Below are positions 29,576 to 37,178 of a stretch of DNA of 37,178 bases, piece after piece. The stretch covers positions 1-37,178 of the forward strand of contig JANNWY010000030.1 of the NCBI GenBank assembly GCA_031409335.1, written 5' to 3'. This stretch comes from Chthoniobacteraceae bacterium. GTDB lineage: Bacteria; Verrucomicrobiota; Verrucomicrobiia; Chthoniobacterales; Chthoniobacteraceae. A model generated the notes under the pieces. It searched no databases. It was given only the letters and a program-made list of their open reading frames with translations, and was not told the origin of the DNA. How positions within the stretch are numbered: the stretch's first letter is position 1; each line of letters begins with the position of its first letter. Both the position numbers and the translations under genes were made by a program.

Positions 29576-30433
29576 ATGAAACTCCTCCTGCTTCCCACGC
29601 TCGCCCTTTTCACCCTCGCCCCGCTCACTCACGCCGCCGAAGCGCCGCTGAAAGTGCTGCTGATCACCGGCGGCTGCTGCCACGACTACAAGGCGCAGAA
29701 GGACATTTTGAAAAAGGGGATCGAGGCGCGCGCCAATGTCGTCGTGGACCAAATCCACACCGACGACAAGAGCACGAAGCCGCCGCTCGCGATCCTCGGG
29801 AACCCTGATTACGCCAAGGGTTACGACCTCGTGCTGCACGACGAATGCGCTGCCGACATCAAGGAGCCCGCGCAAATCGCCGCCGTGCTGAAGCCGCATC
29901 GCGACGGCCTTCCCGGCGTGAATCTGCATTGCGCGATGCACAGCTATCGCTTCGGCGACATCGGGAAGCCAGTCGCTGCCGGCGCGGACAACGCTAGCTG
30001 GTATGAATACCTCGGTCTGCAAACCACCAGTCACGGCCCGCAGGAGCCGATCGCGATCAGCTACGTGAACAAGGAGAGCCCGATCACCAAGGGGCTCGAC
30101 GATTGGACGACGATGAAGGAAGAGCTTTACAACAACATCCAGGTGCTCCCGACCGCGCAGGCGCTGGCCCGTGGAAAGCAGATCGTGAAGAGCAAAAAAA
30201 AGCAGGCTGATGGCACTGAGACGATCGAGGAAAAAGCGGTCGAGGCCGTGGTCGTCTGGACAAATAAGTTTGGTGAAAAGACGCGCGTGTTCAGCACCAC
30301 GATCGGCCACAACAACGCGACGGTGGAAGACGCCCGCTATCTCGATCTCGTGACGCGTGGCGTGCTCTGGGCCTGCGACAAGCTCGATGCCGACGGCAAG
30401 CCAAAGGCGGGCTACGGCCCGGCGGGGAAATAG
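29576..30433 (+). CDS. ThuA-like domain protein
   Basis: Signal peptide, LKVLLITGGCCHDY, LHCAMHSYR, EELYN, RVFSTTIGH and RGVLWA. Confidence 0.9.
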   Translation: MKLLLLPTLALFTLAPLTHAAEAPLKVLLITGGCCHDYKAQKDILKKGIEARANVVVDQIHTDDKSTKPPLAILGNPDYAKGYDLVLHDECAADIKEPAQIAAVLKPHRDGLPGVNLHCAMHSYRFGDIGKPVAAGADNASWYEYLGLQTTSHGPQEPIAISYVNKESPITKGLDDWTTMKEELYNNIQVLPTAQALARGKQIVKSKKKQADGTETIEEKAVEAVVVWTNKFGEKTRVFSTTIGHNNATVEDARYLDLVTRGVLWACDKLDADGKPKAGYGPAGK

Positions 30434-30474
30434 CGGGCGGGTTCGTTCATCGCGGCAAATTTACAAAGATCACC

Positions 30475-31305
30475 ATGAGAAAAGGCAGCTTGCTGGTTCA
30501 CTCCGCTGAAAGCCTCGCTCCAGCGCGGGCAATGCTCGTCGCGCTCATCGCGACTGCGTCCGCAAATGCCGCAGTCATCACCTGGAGCGCGCCGCGGACG
30601 ATCGTGGATGACCTCGATGTGAGCACCGATGGCGCGCTCGTCGTCGCGCACAATCTCGGCTCGTTCGACAATCCCAGCGCGATGGTGAACGGCGTGACTT
30701 TCACGCCATTCGTCACGAGCGCGGCGGTGAATACGACTGGCAACGTCACCCTGAGCGCCGCGACGACCGTCTTCGGTAGGGACACCGGTTTCGGTGAAAT
30801 CTTCGGGCCGTTCGACGCGCTCTCGGCGGACTACCAGACGCTGCTGGAGTCTGCCAGCTTCACCGGCAGCGCCACTGCGGGTGCGGCGCCGGCCATGATT
30901 TCGCTGGCGCTGAATGGACTGACGCCGGGCGCGCAATACCAGTTTCAATGGTGGGCGAATCAATCCGATCCCGCCTCATTCGATCCCCTGGCTCCGACAC
31001 CCGCCGTCCCTTTCACCACCGCCACCGCGGGCAACAGCGTGACGCTGAATCGCACGGGCTTCGGGCCGGAAAACATTGGCCAGTTCGCACTGGGCGAGTT
31101 CACGGCTGACGCTTCCGCCGCGCAAGCGATCACCTTCACCGGACCGGCCCCGCGCAATCTTCTGAACGCATTTCAGCTTCGCCGGCTCGATGCGCCAATA
31201 GTGCCCGAACCCGGCTCGTGCATTTTCGGATTTGCCCTTGCTGGATTCGCCCTCCGCTCCGCATCCTGCCGCACACGCACTCGCACTCGCTCCCTTGTAA
31301 AATGA
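30475..31305 (+). CDS. PEP-CTERM (exosortase-targeted) surface protein
   Basis: Signal ending ASANA-AVITW, Thr/Ala/Gly-rich body, and C-terminal VPEPGS + hydrophobic helix + Arg-rich tail. The start may be at 30532. Confidence 0.88.
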   Translation: MRKGSLLVHSAESLAPARAMLVALIATASANAAVITWSAPRTIVDDLDVSTDGALVVAHNLGSFDNPSAMVNGVTFTPFVTSAAVNTTGNVTLSAATTVFGRDTGFGEIFGPFDALSADYQTLLESASFTGSATAGAAPAMISLALNGLTPGAQYQFQWWANQSDPASFDPLAPTPAVPFTTATAGNSVTLNRTGFGPENIGQFALGEFTADASAAQAITFTGPAPRNLLNAFQLRRLDAPIVPEPGSCIFGFALAGFALRSASCRTRTRTRSLVK

Positions 31306-32021
31306 TCACCCGACGCCTCGCCCTCAAAACGCTCCTGCTCACCACCGGAGCAGCCGCCATCACCCGCCCTGCCTTCGCCGCCGATGCGCCACCTCCGCCA
31401 GCCGAGGGCGTCTTCAAGCTGCCGCCGCTCGGCTACGACTATGATGCGCTCGAGCCTTTCATCGACGCGGAGACGATGAAAATTCACCACGACAAACATC
31501 ACGCCGCGTACGTGAGCAAACTGAACGCCGCCGTCGCCGAGGCGCCTGGGCTCGAAAAGAAATCGATCCGAGAAATCCTGACGAGTCTCGATGCCGCGCC
31601 CGAGGCGGTGCGCGCCGCGCTGCGAAATCACGGCGGTGGCCACGCGAATCACATGCTTTTCTGGCAGATACTGAAGAAGAACGAGAACGGCAAACCCGTC
31701 GGCGAACTCGCGGCGGCGATCGACAAAACCTTCGGGAGTTTCCCAAAATTTCAGGAAGCATTCGCCGCCTCCGCGCTGAAAGTTTTTGGCAGTGGCTGGA
31801 CGTGGCTCGTGCTGCGCGGCACCACGCTGGCGATCGAAAATTCCGCAAATCAGGACACACCGATCTCGACCGGCGGTATCCCGATCCTCGCGCTTGATGT
31901 CTGGGAACATGCGTACTATTTGAAGTACCAAAACCGTCGTCCCGATTACCTGAAGGCATTTCAGAACGTCATCAATTGGGACGTGGTAAGCGAGCGTTTC
32001 GCAAAGCGGACACAGGATTAG
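31302..32021 (+). CDS. sodA: Superoxide dismutase, Fe/Mn family (Mn-type signature), Tat signal
   Basis: MITRRLALK, LPPLGYDYDALEP, HHDKHH, NHGGGHANH, FGSGWTWL, SANQD and DVWEHAYY. The GGGH and NQD segments indicate Mn type. ATGA overlap with the upstream gene. Confidence 0.93.
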   Translation: MITRRLALKTLLLTTGAAAITRPAFAADAPPPPAEGVFKLPPLGYDYDALEPFIDAETMKIHHDKHHAAYVSKLNAAVAEAPGLEKKSIREILTSLDAAPEAVRAALRNHGGGHANHMLFWQILKKNENGKPVGELAAAIDKTFGSFPKFQEAFAASALKVFGSGWTWLVLRGTTLAIENSANQDTPISTGGIPILALDVWEHAYYLKYQNRRPDYLKAFQNVINWDVVSERFAKRTQD

Positions 32022-32191
32022 GACGTTGGGCAGGGCAGGTGAAAAGCGAATCGGCATTTGAAAGGGCGGCACCCGTTGAGCCATGCCGCTCACCTTTAAC
32101 CATGAGAACCTAGACGGGTTCGATTTCTGACCCCGGGTTTGCGCAAATTGCCGAGGTTCCCTTTCGTGCATTCTCTCAAACACCCATTTTT

Positions 32192-33904
32192 ATGATCTGC
32201 GACCATCTGCGTTTATCTGCTGTACTTTTCCTGCTCGTTTCACCTGCCGTCTCGGGGGCGGAAAAGTCACCGCTGACTTCCTGCTTCATCGCGCCCACGC
32301 GCGTGCTTTGGAAATCCGACGAGGGCGTCAAGCACGCCGAAAACCTGCTCGCGCCGAAGCCCGGCCAGACTGTGCTGAAGGAACCGCAGCCGCCGTGTGT
32401 CATCGCTCCGAAAGGCGCGCTGCTGCTGGATTTCGGCGTGGAGCTTCAAGGCAACATCGAGCTTTTTGCACCGATGCTTCCCGAGAAGGAACCGCGCAGT
32501 GTGCGCATCCGCTTTGGCGAATCCGCGAGCGAGGCGATGGCGGAGCTGGGGGAAAAGGGGGCGCAGAACGATCACGCGATCCGCGACGAAACGGTGACGC
32601 TGCCGTGGCTCGGTAAGAAAATCGTCGGGCCGTCGGGATTTCGTTTCGTACGCATCGACGCGGTCGGCACGAAACCCGTGCAGCTTTCCCAAGTCCGCGC
32701 CGTGCTGCAAATCCGCGACATCCCGTACGTTGGCTCATTCAAATGCGACGACGAGCGGCTGAACAAAATCTGGCAGGTCGGCGCTTACACCGTGCATCTG
32801 AACATGCAGGAATACTTGTGGGACGGCATCAAGCGCGACCGGCTCGTGTGGATCGGCGACATGCACCCGGAGGTGAGCACGATCGACGCGGTGTTCGGCT
32901 TCAACGACGTGGTGCCGCGCAGCCTCGATCTCACGCGCGACGTGACGCCCGTGACGGAATGGATGAACGGCATCAGCAGTTATTCGATGTGGTGGGTTTT
33001 GATTCACGAGGAATGGTGGAAGCACCACGGCAACCGCGCCTACTTGGAAAAGCAGAAGCCTTACATGCAGGCGCTGCTGAAGAAGCTCGCGGGTCTCATC
33101 GGCGAAGATGGGCGCGAAAAGATCGACGGAATGCGTTTCCTCGACTGGCCGAGTTCGCCGAACAAACAAGGCGTGGCCGCGGGCCTGCAAGGTCTGCTCG
33201 TGATGACGCTGGAAAGCGGCGCGCGGATGATGACAACGCTCGGCGATGCTAATGTGGCCAGGCTTTGCACCGATGCCGCCACGCGCGGACGCAAAGTGAT
33301 TCCCGATGTGAATGGCTCCAAATCCGGCGCTGCCCTGCTCGCGCTCGCCGGCATGACCGATGCGAAAAAGACGGCGGATGAAGTCCTGAAAGTGGGCGGC
33401 GCAAAAGACGTGTCCACCTTCTACGGCTTCTACGTGCTGCAAGCCCTCGCGAAAGCAGACGAGATGGACGCGGCGCTCGACATCGTGCGCACCTATTGGG
33501 GCGCGATGCTCGACCGTGGCGCAACGACATTTTGGGAAGACTTCAATCTCGACTGGCTCGAAGGCAGCGGACGCATCGACGAACTCGTCCCCGCCGGAAA
33601 GAAAGACCTGCACGGCGACTTCGGCGCCTACTGCTACGAAGGTTTCCGCCACAGCTTCTGCCACGGCTGGGCCAGCGGCCCGACCGCGTGGATGAGCCAA
33701 AACGTGCTCGGGATTCAACCAATGGAACCGGGTTTCGCCACCGTCCGCATCGCCCCGCAACTCGGCTCGCTCAAATGGGCGGAAGGCACCTACCCGACCC
33801 CGCGCGGCCCGATCCATGTCCGCCACGAGCGCCAGGCCGACGGCTCGATCAAATCCGAAGTGAAGCTCCCGGAAAGGGTCAAGCAGATGGGGGCAAACAA
33901 ATGA
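32192..33904 (+). CDS. Alpha-L-rhamnosidase-like GH78 (short form)
   Basis: LLDFG, GFRFVRI, GSFKCDDERLNKIW..GAYT, WDGIKRDRLVWIGD, GATTFWE and SFCHGWASGP. Confidence 0.92.
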   Translation: MICDHLRLSAVLFLLVSPAVSGAEKSPLTSCFIAPTRVLWKSDEGVKHAENLLAPKPGQTVLKEPQPPCVIAPKGALLLDFGVELQGNIELFAPMLPEKEPRSVRIRFGESASEAMAELGEKGAQNDHAIRDETVTLPWLGKKIVGPSGFRFVRIDAVGTKPVQLSQVRAVLQIRDIPYVGSFKCDDERLNKIWQVGAYTVHLNMQEYLWDGIKRDRLVWIGDMHPEVSTIDAVFGFNDVVPRSLDLTRDVTPVTEWMNGISSYSMWWVLIHEEWWKHHGNRAYLEKQKPYMQALLKKLAGLIGEDGREKIDGMRFLDWPSSPNKQGVAAGLQGLLVMTLESGARMMTTLGDANVARLCTDAATRGRKVIPDVNGSKSGAALLALAGMTDAKKTADEVLKVGGAKDVSTFYGFYVLQALAKADEMDAALDIVRTYWGAMLDRGATTFWEDFNLDWLEGSGRIDELVPAGKKDLHGDFGAYCYEGFRHSFCHGWASGPTAWMSQNVLGIQPMEPGFATVRIAPQLGSLKWAEGTYPTPRGPIHVRHERQADGSIKSEVKLPERVKQMGANK

Positions 33905-33964
33905 TTTTTTAAGGGGTAGCCTCCGTCCCTTGCTCCCCATCTGCTTGCCCCCATTTGTTTGACC
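33877..33964. repeat. Tandem-inverted-repeat hairpin, left copy (~14-nt unit GGKCAARCARATG)
   Basis: GGTCAAGCAGATGGGGGCAAACAAATG (33877-33903) is inverted relative to CATCTGCTTGCCCCCATTTGTTTGACC (33938-33964). Each arm contains two units. Confidence 0.9.
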
Positions 33965-33969
33965 AAAAA

Positions 33970-34770
33970 TTGTCCGTCACCTGCCCCATCAAATTCATCC
34001 CGTTGACCGACGCCGAACGTCGTCCGCTCGACTTTGCGGTCATGTCCCACGTCTTTGCCGCGCACAACGAACTCGGTCGTTTGTGCGATGAGGACATTTA
34101 CAAAAACGACCTGAAAGCGCGCCTCAACTCCGCTGGCCTCGTGGCACACACCGAAGTCCCCATCACCGTCGCGTGGCGCGGCTTCCGCAAAACCTACTTC
34201 CTCGATTTGGTGGTCGCCGACGCTCTCCTCTACGAGCTGAAAGTTGCCGCGGCACTCACCGGCCACCACCAGGCGCAACTCCTGAACTACATCCTCCTGC
34301 TCGACCTGCCTTCAGGCAAACTGCTCAACTTCCGCCCGGCGAAAGTCGAATCGGAGTTCGTCGCCACCAGGCTCACCCTGGAAAAGCGGCGCGCCATCGC
34401 CTTCGACATCTCACGCTGGCAACCGGTCTCCGACCACTGCCCCGCTTTCCGCGAAAGTGCCGAAGACCTCATCCGCACCCTCGGTGCGTTTCTCGATCTC
34501 GACCTGTATGCCGAAGCTCTCGCGTGGTCTTGCGTCAATCCCATCCCCGCCCGCATCCCGCTCACTCGCGACGGCCTCGCCCTTGGCATGCAGGAAGTGC
34601 GGCTCATCGCGCCCGGCGTCGCCTTTCAGCTCACCGCGCACACGGAGAACTTGGACCGCATCGAATCGCACCTGCGCCGCTTCCTGCGCCACACTTCCCT
34701 GCGCGCCCTGCAATGGCTGAACTTCAACCACGCGACCATCACACTCACCACTCTCCTTCCAACGGCGTGA
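33970..34770 (+). CDS. GxxExxY (PD-(D/E)XK nuclease superfamily) protein with a second, degenerate domain copy
   Basis: Domain 1: HNELGRLCDEDIY, EVPI.V, YFLDLVV, YELK, H.AQLLNY, GKLLNF. Domain 2: LIRTLGAFLDLDLYAEAL...ESHLRRFL...LQWLNF. TTG start inferred (33955 is the alternative). Confidence 0.88.
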   Translation: MSVTCPIKFIPLTDAERRPLDFAVMSHVFAAHNELGRLCDEDIYKNDLKARLNSAGLVAHTEVPITVAWRGFRKTYFLDLVVADALLYELKVAAALTGHHQAQLLNYILLLDLPSGKLLNFRPAKVESEFVATRLTLEKRRAIAFDISRWQPVSDHCPAFRESAEDLIRTLGAFLDLDLYAEALAWSCVNPIPARIPLTRDGLALGMQEVRLIAPGVAFQLTAHTENLDRIESHLRRFLRHTSLRALQWLNFNHATITLTTLLPTA

Positions 34771-34779
34771 TGGAAAATG

Positions 34780-34863
34780 GGGCAAACAGATGTGGTCAAA
34801 CAAATGATTTTGTGATGTGTCCCAGCCTTTCTTACCCATCTGTTTGACCCCATTTGTTTGCCC
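34780..34863. repeat. Tandem-inverted-repeat hairpin, right copy (same unit as 33877-33964)
   Basis: GGGCAAACAGATGTGGTCAAACAAATG (34780-34806) matches the reverse complement of CATCTGTTTGACCCCATTTGTTTGCCC (34837-34863) at 24/27 positions. Confidence 0.9.
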
Positions 34864-36930
34864 ATGAAAACCGCCACCCTACTAATACTCTTCGCCATTT
34901 CCCTGCCCGCCGTCGCCGCGCTTTCACCCGCGAATCTGCGCACCGAATGGCTCCCAAATCCGCAGGGGATCGACGCGGAAAAGCCGCGCGTCTCGTGGCG
35001 CGTGGAGGAATCGGATGTGAGCGTGCGCGGGCAAAAGCAGACGGCGTATCGCGTGCTCGTGGCGTCGAGTGCGGAGCTTTTGGAGAAAAGCGGGGGCGAT
35101 CTTTGGGACAGCGGGAAAGTCGCGGGCGATGAGACGCTGAACATCGAATACGCGGGCAAGCCGCTCGCGTCGGGGCAGGCGTGTTTTTGGAAGGTGAAAG
35201 TCTGGGACAAGGATGGCGTCGAATCGGCGTGGAGCGCGGCGGGGCAGTGGTCGATGGGATTGCTGAAGCCGGAGGATTGGAAGGCGCAGTGGATTTCGTT
35301 CAAAGACGACGCGCCGCTGCACGCGGACCGCGCGAAGCTGCATTTGCCGCCAGCGCGGCATTATAGGAAGCAATTTTCCGCCAACAAAAAGACCGTGAAA
35401 CGCGCGATGCTCTACGTGTCCGCGCTCGGCATAGCCGACATACACCTGAACGGCGCGAAAGTCGGCGACGGCTATTTCGAGAGCGGCTGGGCCGATTACG
35501 CGAAGCGGGCCTACTACCGGGCGCACGATGTGACGAAGTCCATCAACACCGAAACCGAGAATGCCATCGGCGCGGTCGTCACGGACGGCTGGTACTCGGG
35601 CTATGTCGGATACGGCCTGCTCGTCGGATACGGGCCGGGAAAAACGGGGCGGGACATTTACGGAAAAACGCCCGCTTTCATTGCGCAGCTCGACTTGGAG
35701 TTTGCAGACGGTTCACGGCAGACGGTGGGCACGGATGCTTCGTGGCAGACCACGGGCGAAGGGCCGTATCGCGAGGCGGATTTGATCATGGGAGAGGCGT
35801 TTGATGCGCGGCGCGAAAAGTACTGGTGCGGCTCGGAAACCTTTGAAGGGTTTATTGCGAAACCGGATGCTGTCCGAGCGGATGAAAATGCGTGGACCTG
35901 GCAACCTGCCATCCGCGCCGAGGACAACGGTAGCGTGAAAGCGAAGTTTTTCGAGCCGGGTGTTGAGAAGGAAGTGCAGCTTGGTTTTCAAAAACCCGCC
36001 CGCCTCGTCGCGTACACCGCGCCGCCGATCCGCGTGACGGAAGAATTGCCCGCGAAGAAAATCACCGAGCCGAAGCCGGGCGTGTTCGTCTTCGACCTCG
36101 GGCAGAACATCGCGGGCATCATCCGTCTGAAAGTGAAAGGCGCAGCGGGAACGCGCGTCCAGATTCGCTACGGCGAGATGCTTCACAAAGACGGCACGCT
36201 GATGACGGAAAATCTGCGCAAGGCACGCGCGACCGATTTCTACACGCTGCGCGGCGATGCGAACGGCGAGACGTGGCAGCCGCGTTTCACGTATCACGGT
36301 TTCCAATTTGTCGAACTCACCGGCCTCGCGGAAAAGCCCCCCCTCGAAACCGTGACGGGGCTCGTGCTCACCAATGACATGCCGATCGTCGGCGACTTCG
36401 CGTGCAGCGATGAGGTGATGACGCAGTTCTGGCGCAACACCGTGCGCACGCAGAAGGCGAACTTCATCGAAATCCCCACCGACTGCCCGCAGCGCGACGA
36501 ACGTCTTGGCTGGATGGGCGACGCGCAAATCTACGCCCGCACCGCGAGCTACAACGCGGATGTCGCCGCCTTCTTCACCAAATGGATCGACGACGTGCGC
36601 GAGTCGCAGCGCGACAGCGGCGCGTATCCGGACTACGCCCCGTATCCATTCGCCCACGGCGCTCCGGGCGCGACGCATGGCACGGCGTGGACGGACGCCG
36701 GCGTCATCGTGCCCTACACGATGTGGCAGGTGTACGGCGACACGCGCCTCATCGGAAAGCACTGGGACTCGATGACGAAATTCATGGCCTGGCGCGCGAA
36801 GTCCGATCCGGAGCTGAAAGGCGTGAAGCTCGGGAACACATGGGGCGACTGGCTGAATGTGAACGAGCAGACGCCGATCGAATACATCGACCTGTGCTAT
36901 CACTTCATCTCCGCGCACCGCATGGCCGAG
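34864..36930 (+). pseudogene. Alpha-L-rhamnosidase GH78 (long form), 3'-truncated
   Basis: Signal peptide, LRTE...P.GID...PR.SW, LWDSGKV, FDLGQNIAG, PRFTYHGFQ, PTDCPQRDERLGWMGD and WGDWL. Similarity ends at HRMAE (36930) and the ORF runs into unrelated sequence to 37074. The C-terminal barrel half with the T.WE motif is missing. Confidence 0.85.
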
Positions 36931-36966
36931 TGTCCCCAATCTTTAGACGCTGCCTTTGAATTCAGC

Positions 36967-36996
36967 TTGCCAAAAGTACGGATAGTCAGTAGTTAT
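36967..36996 (+). promoter_or_regulatory. Candidate sigma70 promoter with an overlapping operator for the TA locus
   Basis: TTGCCA-17 nt-TAGTTA (weak -10), with an imperfect palindrome TACGGATAGTCAGTA (36977-36991) in the spacer. The GTG start follows within about 6 nt. Confidence 0.35.
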
Positions 36997-37001
36997 CGCC
37001 C

Positions 37002-37178
37002 GTGTATACGGTTGCTGAAACACCAACTTATCTGCGCCGCGCCAAGGACGCGGGGATGTCTGAGGCTGAGATGAAGGCGGCGGTGGATCAGGTGGCGTCC
37101 GACCCGGCGGCCGGGGATATCATTCAGGGTTCGGGCGGATGCCGCAAGGTCCGGGTCGCCGGGCGCGGCAAGGGTAAG
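37002..37178 (+). CDS. HigB-2/RelE-family toxin, 3'-truncated by the window edge
   Basis: My own translation from GTG 37002 gives [59 protein letters not shown]. This matches the 'ET..F......P..GD.I.G.GG.RK.R....GKGK' pattern. It is not in the ORF track. Confidence 0.9.
   Translation, partial: MYTVAETPTYLRRAKDAGMSEAEMKAAVDQVASDPAAGDIIQGSGGCRKVRVAGRGKGK

Noticed and set aside
32060..32100. GCGGCA/TGCCGC hairpin after the SOD gene as a terminator
   Set aside because: The stem is short, the loop is 12 nt and the U-tract is poor, so support is insufficient.
33877..34863. GxxExxY element as a classical IS or CRISPR
   Set aside because: There are no DDE/HUH/recombinase motifs, I found no target-site duplication, and the repeats are inverted hairpins rather than a repeat-spacer array.

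Overview
High-GC bacterial DNA, most likely Verrucomicrobia/PVC group (inferred from the DUF1552/DUF1592 cytochrome pair, sulfatases, ThuA proteins, a PEP-CTERM protein and GH78 rhamnosidases). The window has five parts. (1) 1-10.2 kb holds carbohydrate/sulfatase genes mixed with heavily eroded gene fragments: sulfatases, a sialidase, an HsdM motif and a helicase N-terminus. (2) 10.2-18.4 kb holds envelope/housekeeping genes: YncE-phosphoesterase, GT2 plus a coupled alpha-toroid protein, a PepSY-like protein, lgt and a pilT-like ATPase. (3) 18.5-22.1 kb is a toxin-antitoxin-rich islet: parDE-like pair, a zeta-toxin-like kinase with rearranged motif order and a nested small basic ORF, DUF433 plus a truncated DUF5615, and two lower-GC orphans. 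(4) 22.1-32 kb holds a Tgt-MnmC-type methyltransferase fusion, an amidase, a TIGR01777 protein, a penta-heme cytochrome c, two ThuA proteins, a PEP-CTERM protein and a Tat-signal Mn-type SOD. (5) 32.2-37.2 kb holds two GH78 genes separated by a compact element, a double-domain GxxExxY nuclease gene bracketed by two matching tandem-inverted-repeat hairpins; the second GH78 is cut off by a junction leading into a HigB/RelE toxin gene. The most notable signals are the hairpin-bracketed GxxExxY element, repeat arms built into protein termini, the Tgt-methyltransferase fusion and the rearranged zeta-like kinase. No rRNA, tRNA or CRISPR array was seen. All family calls come from reading motifs by eye; no database search was run.
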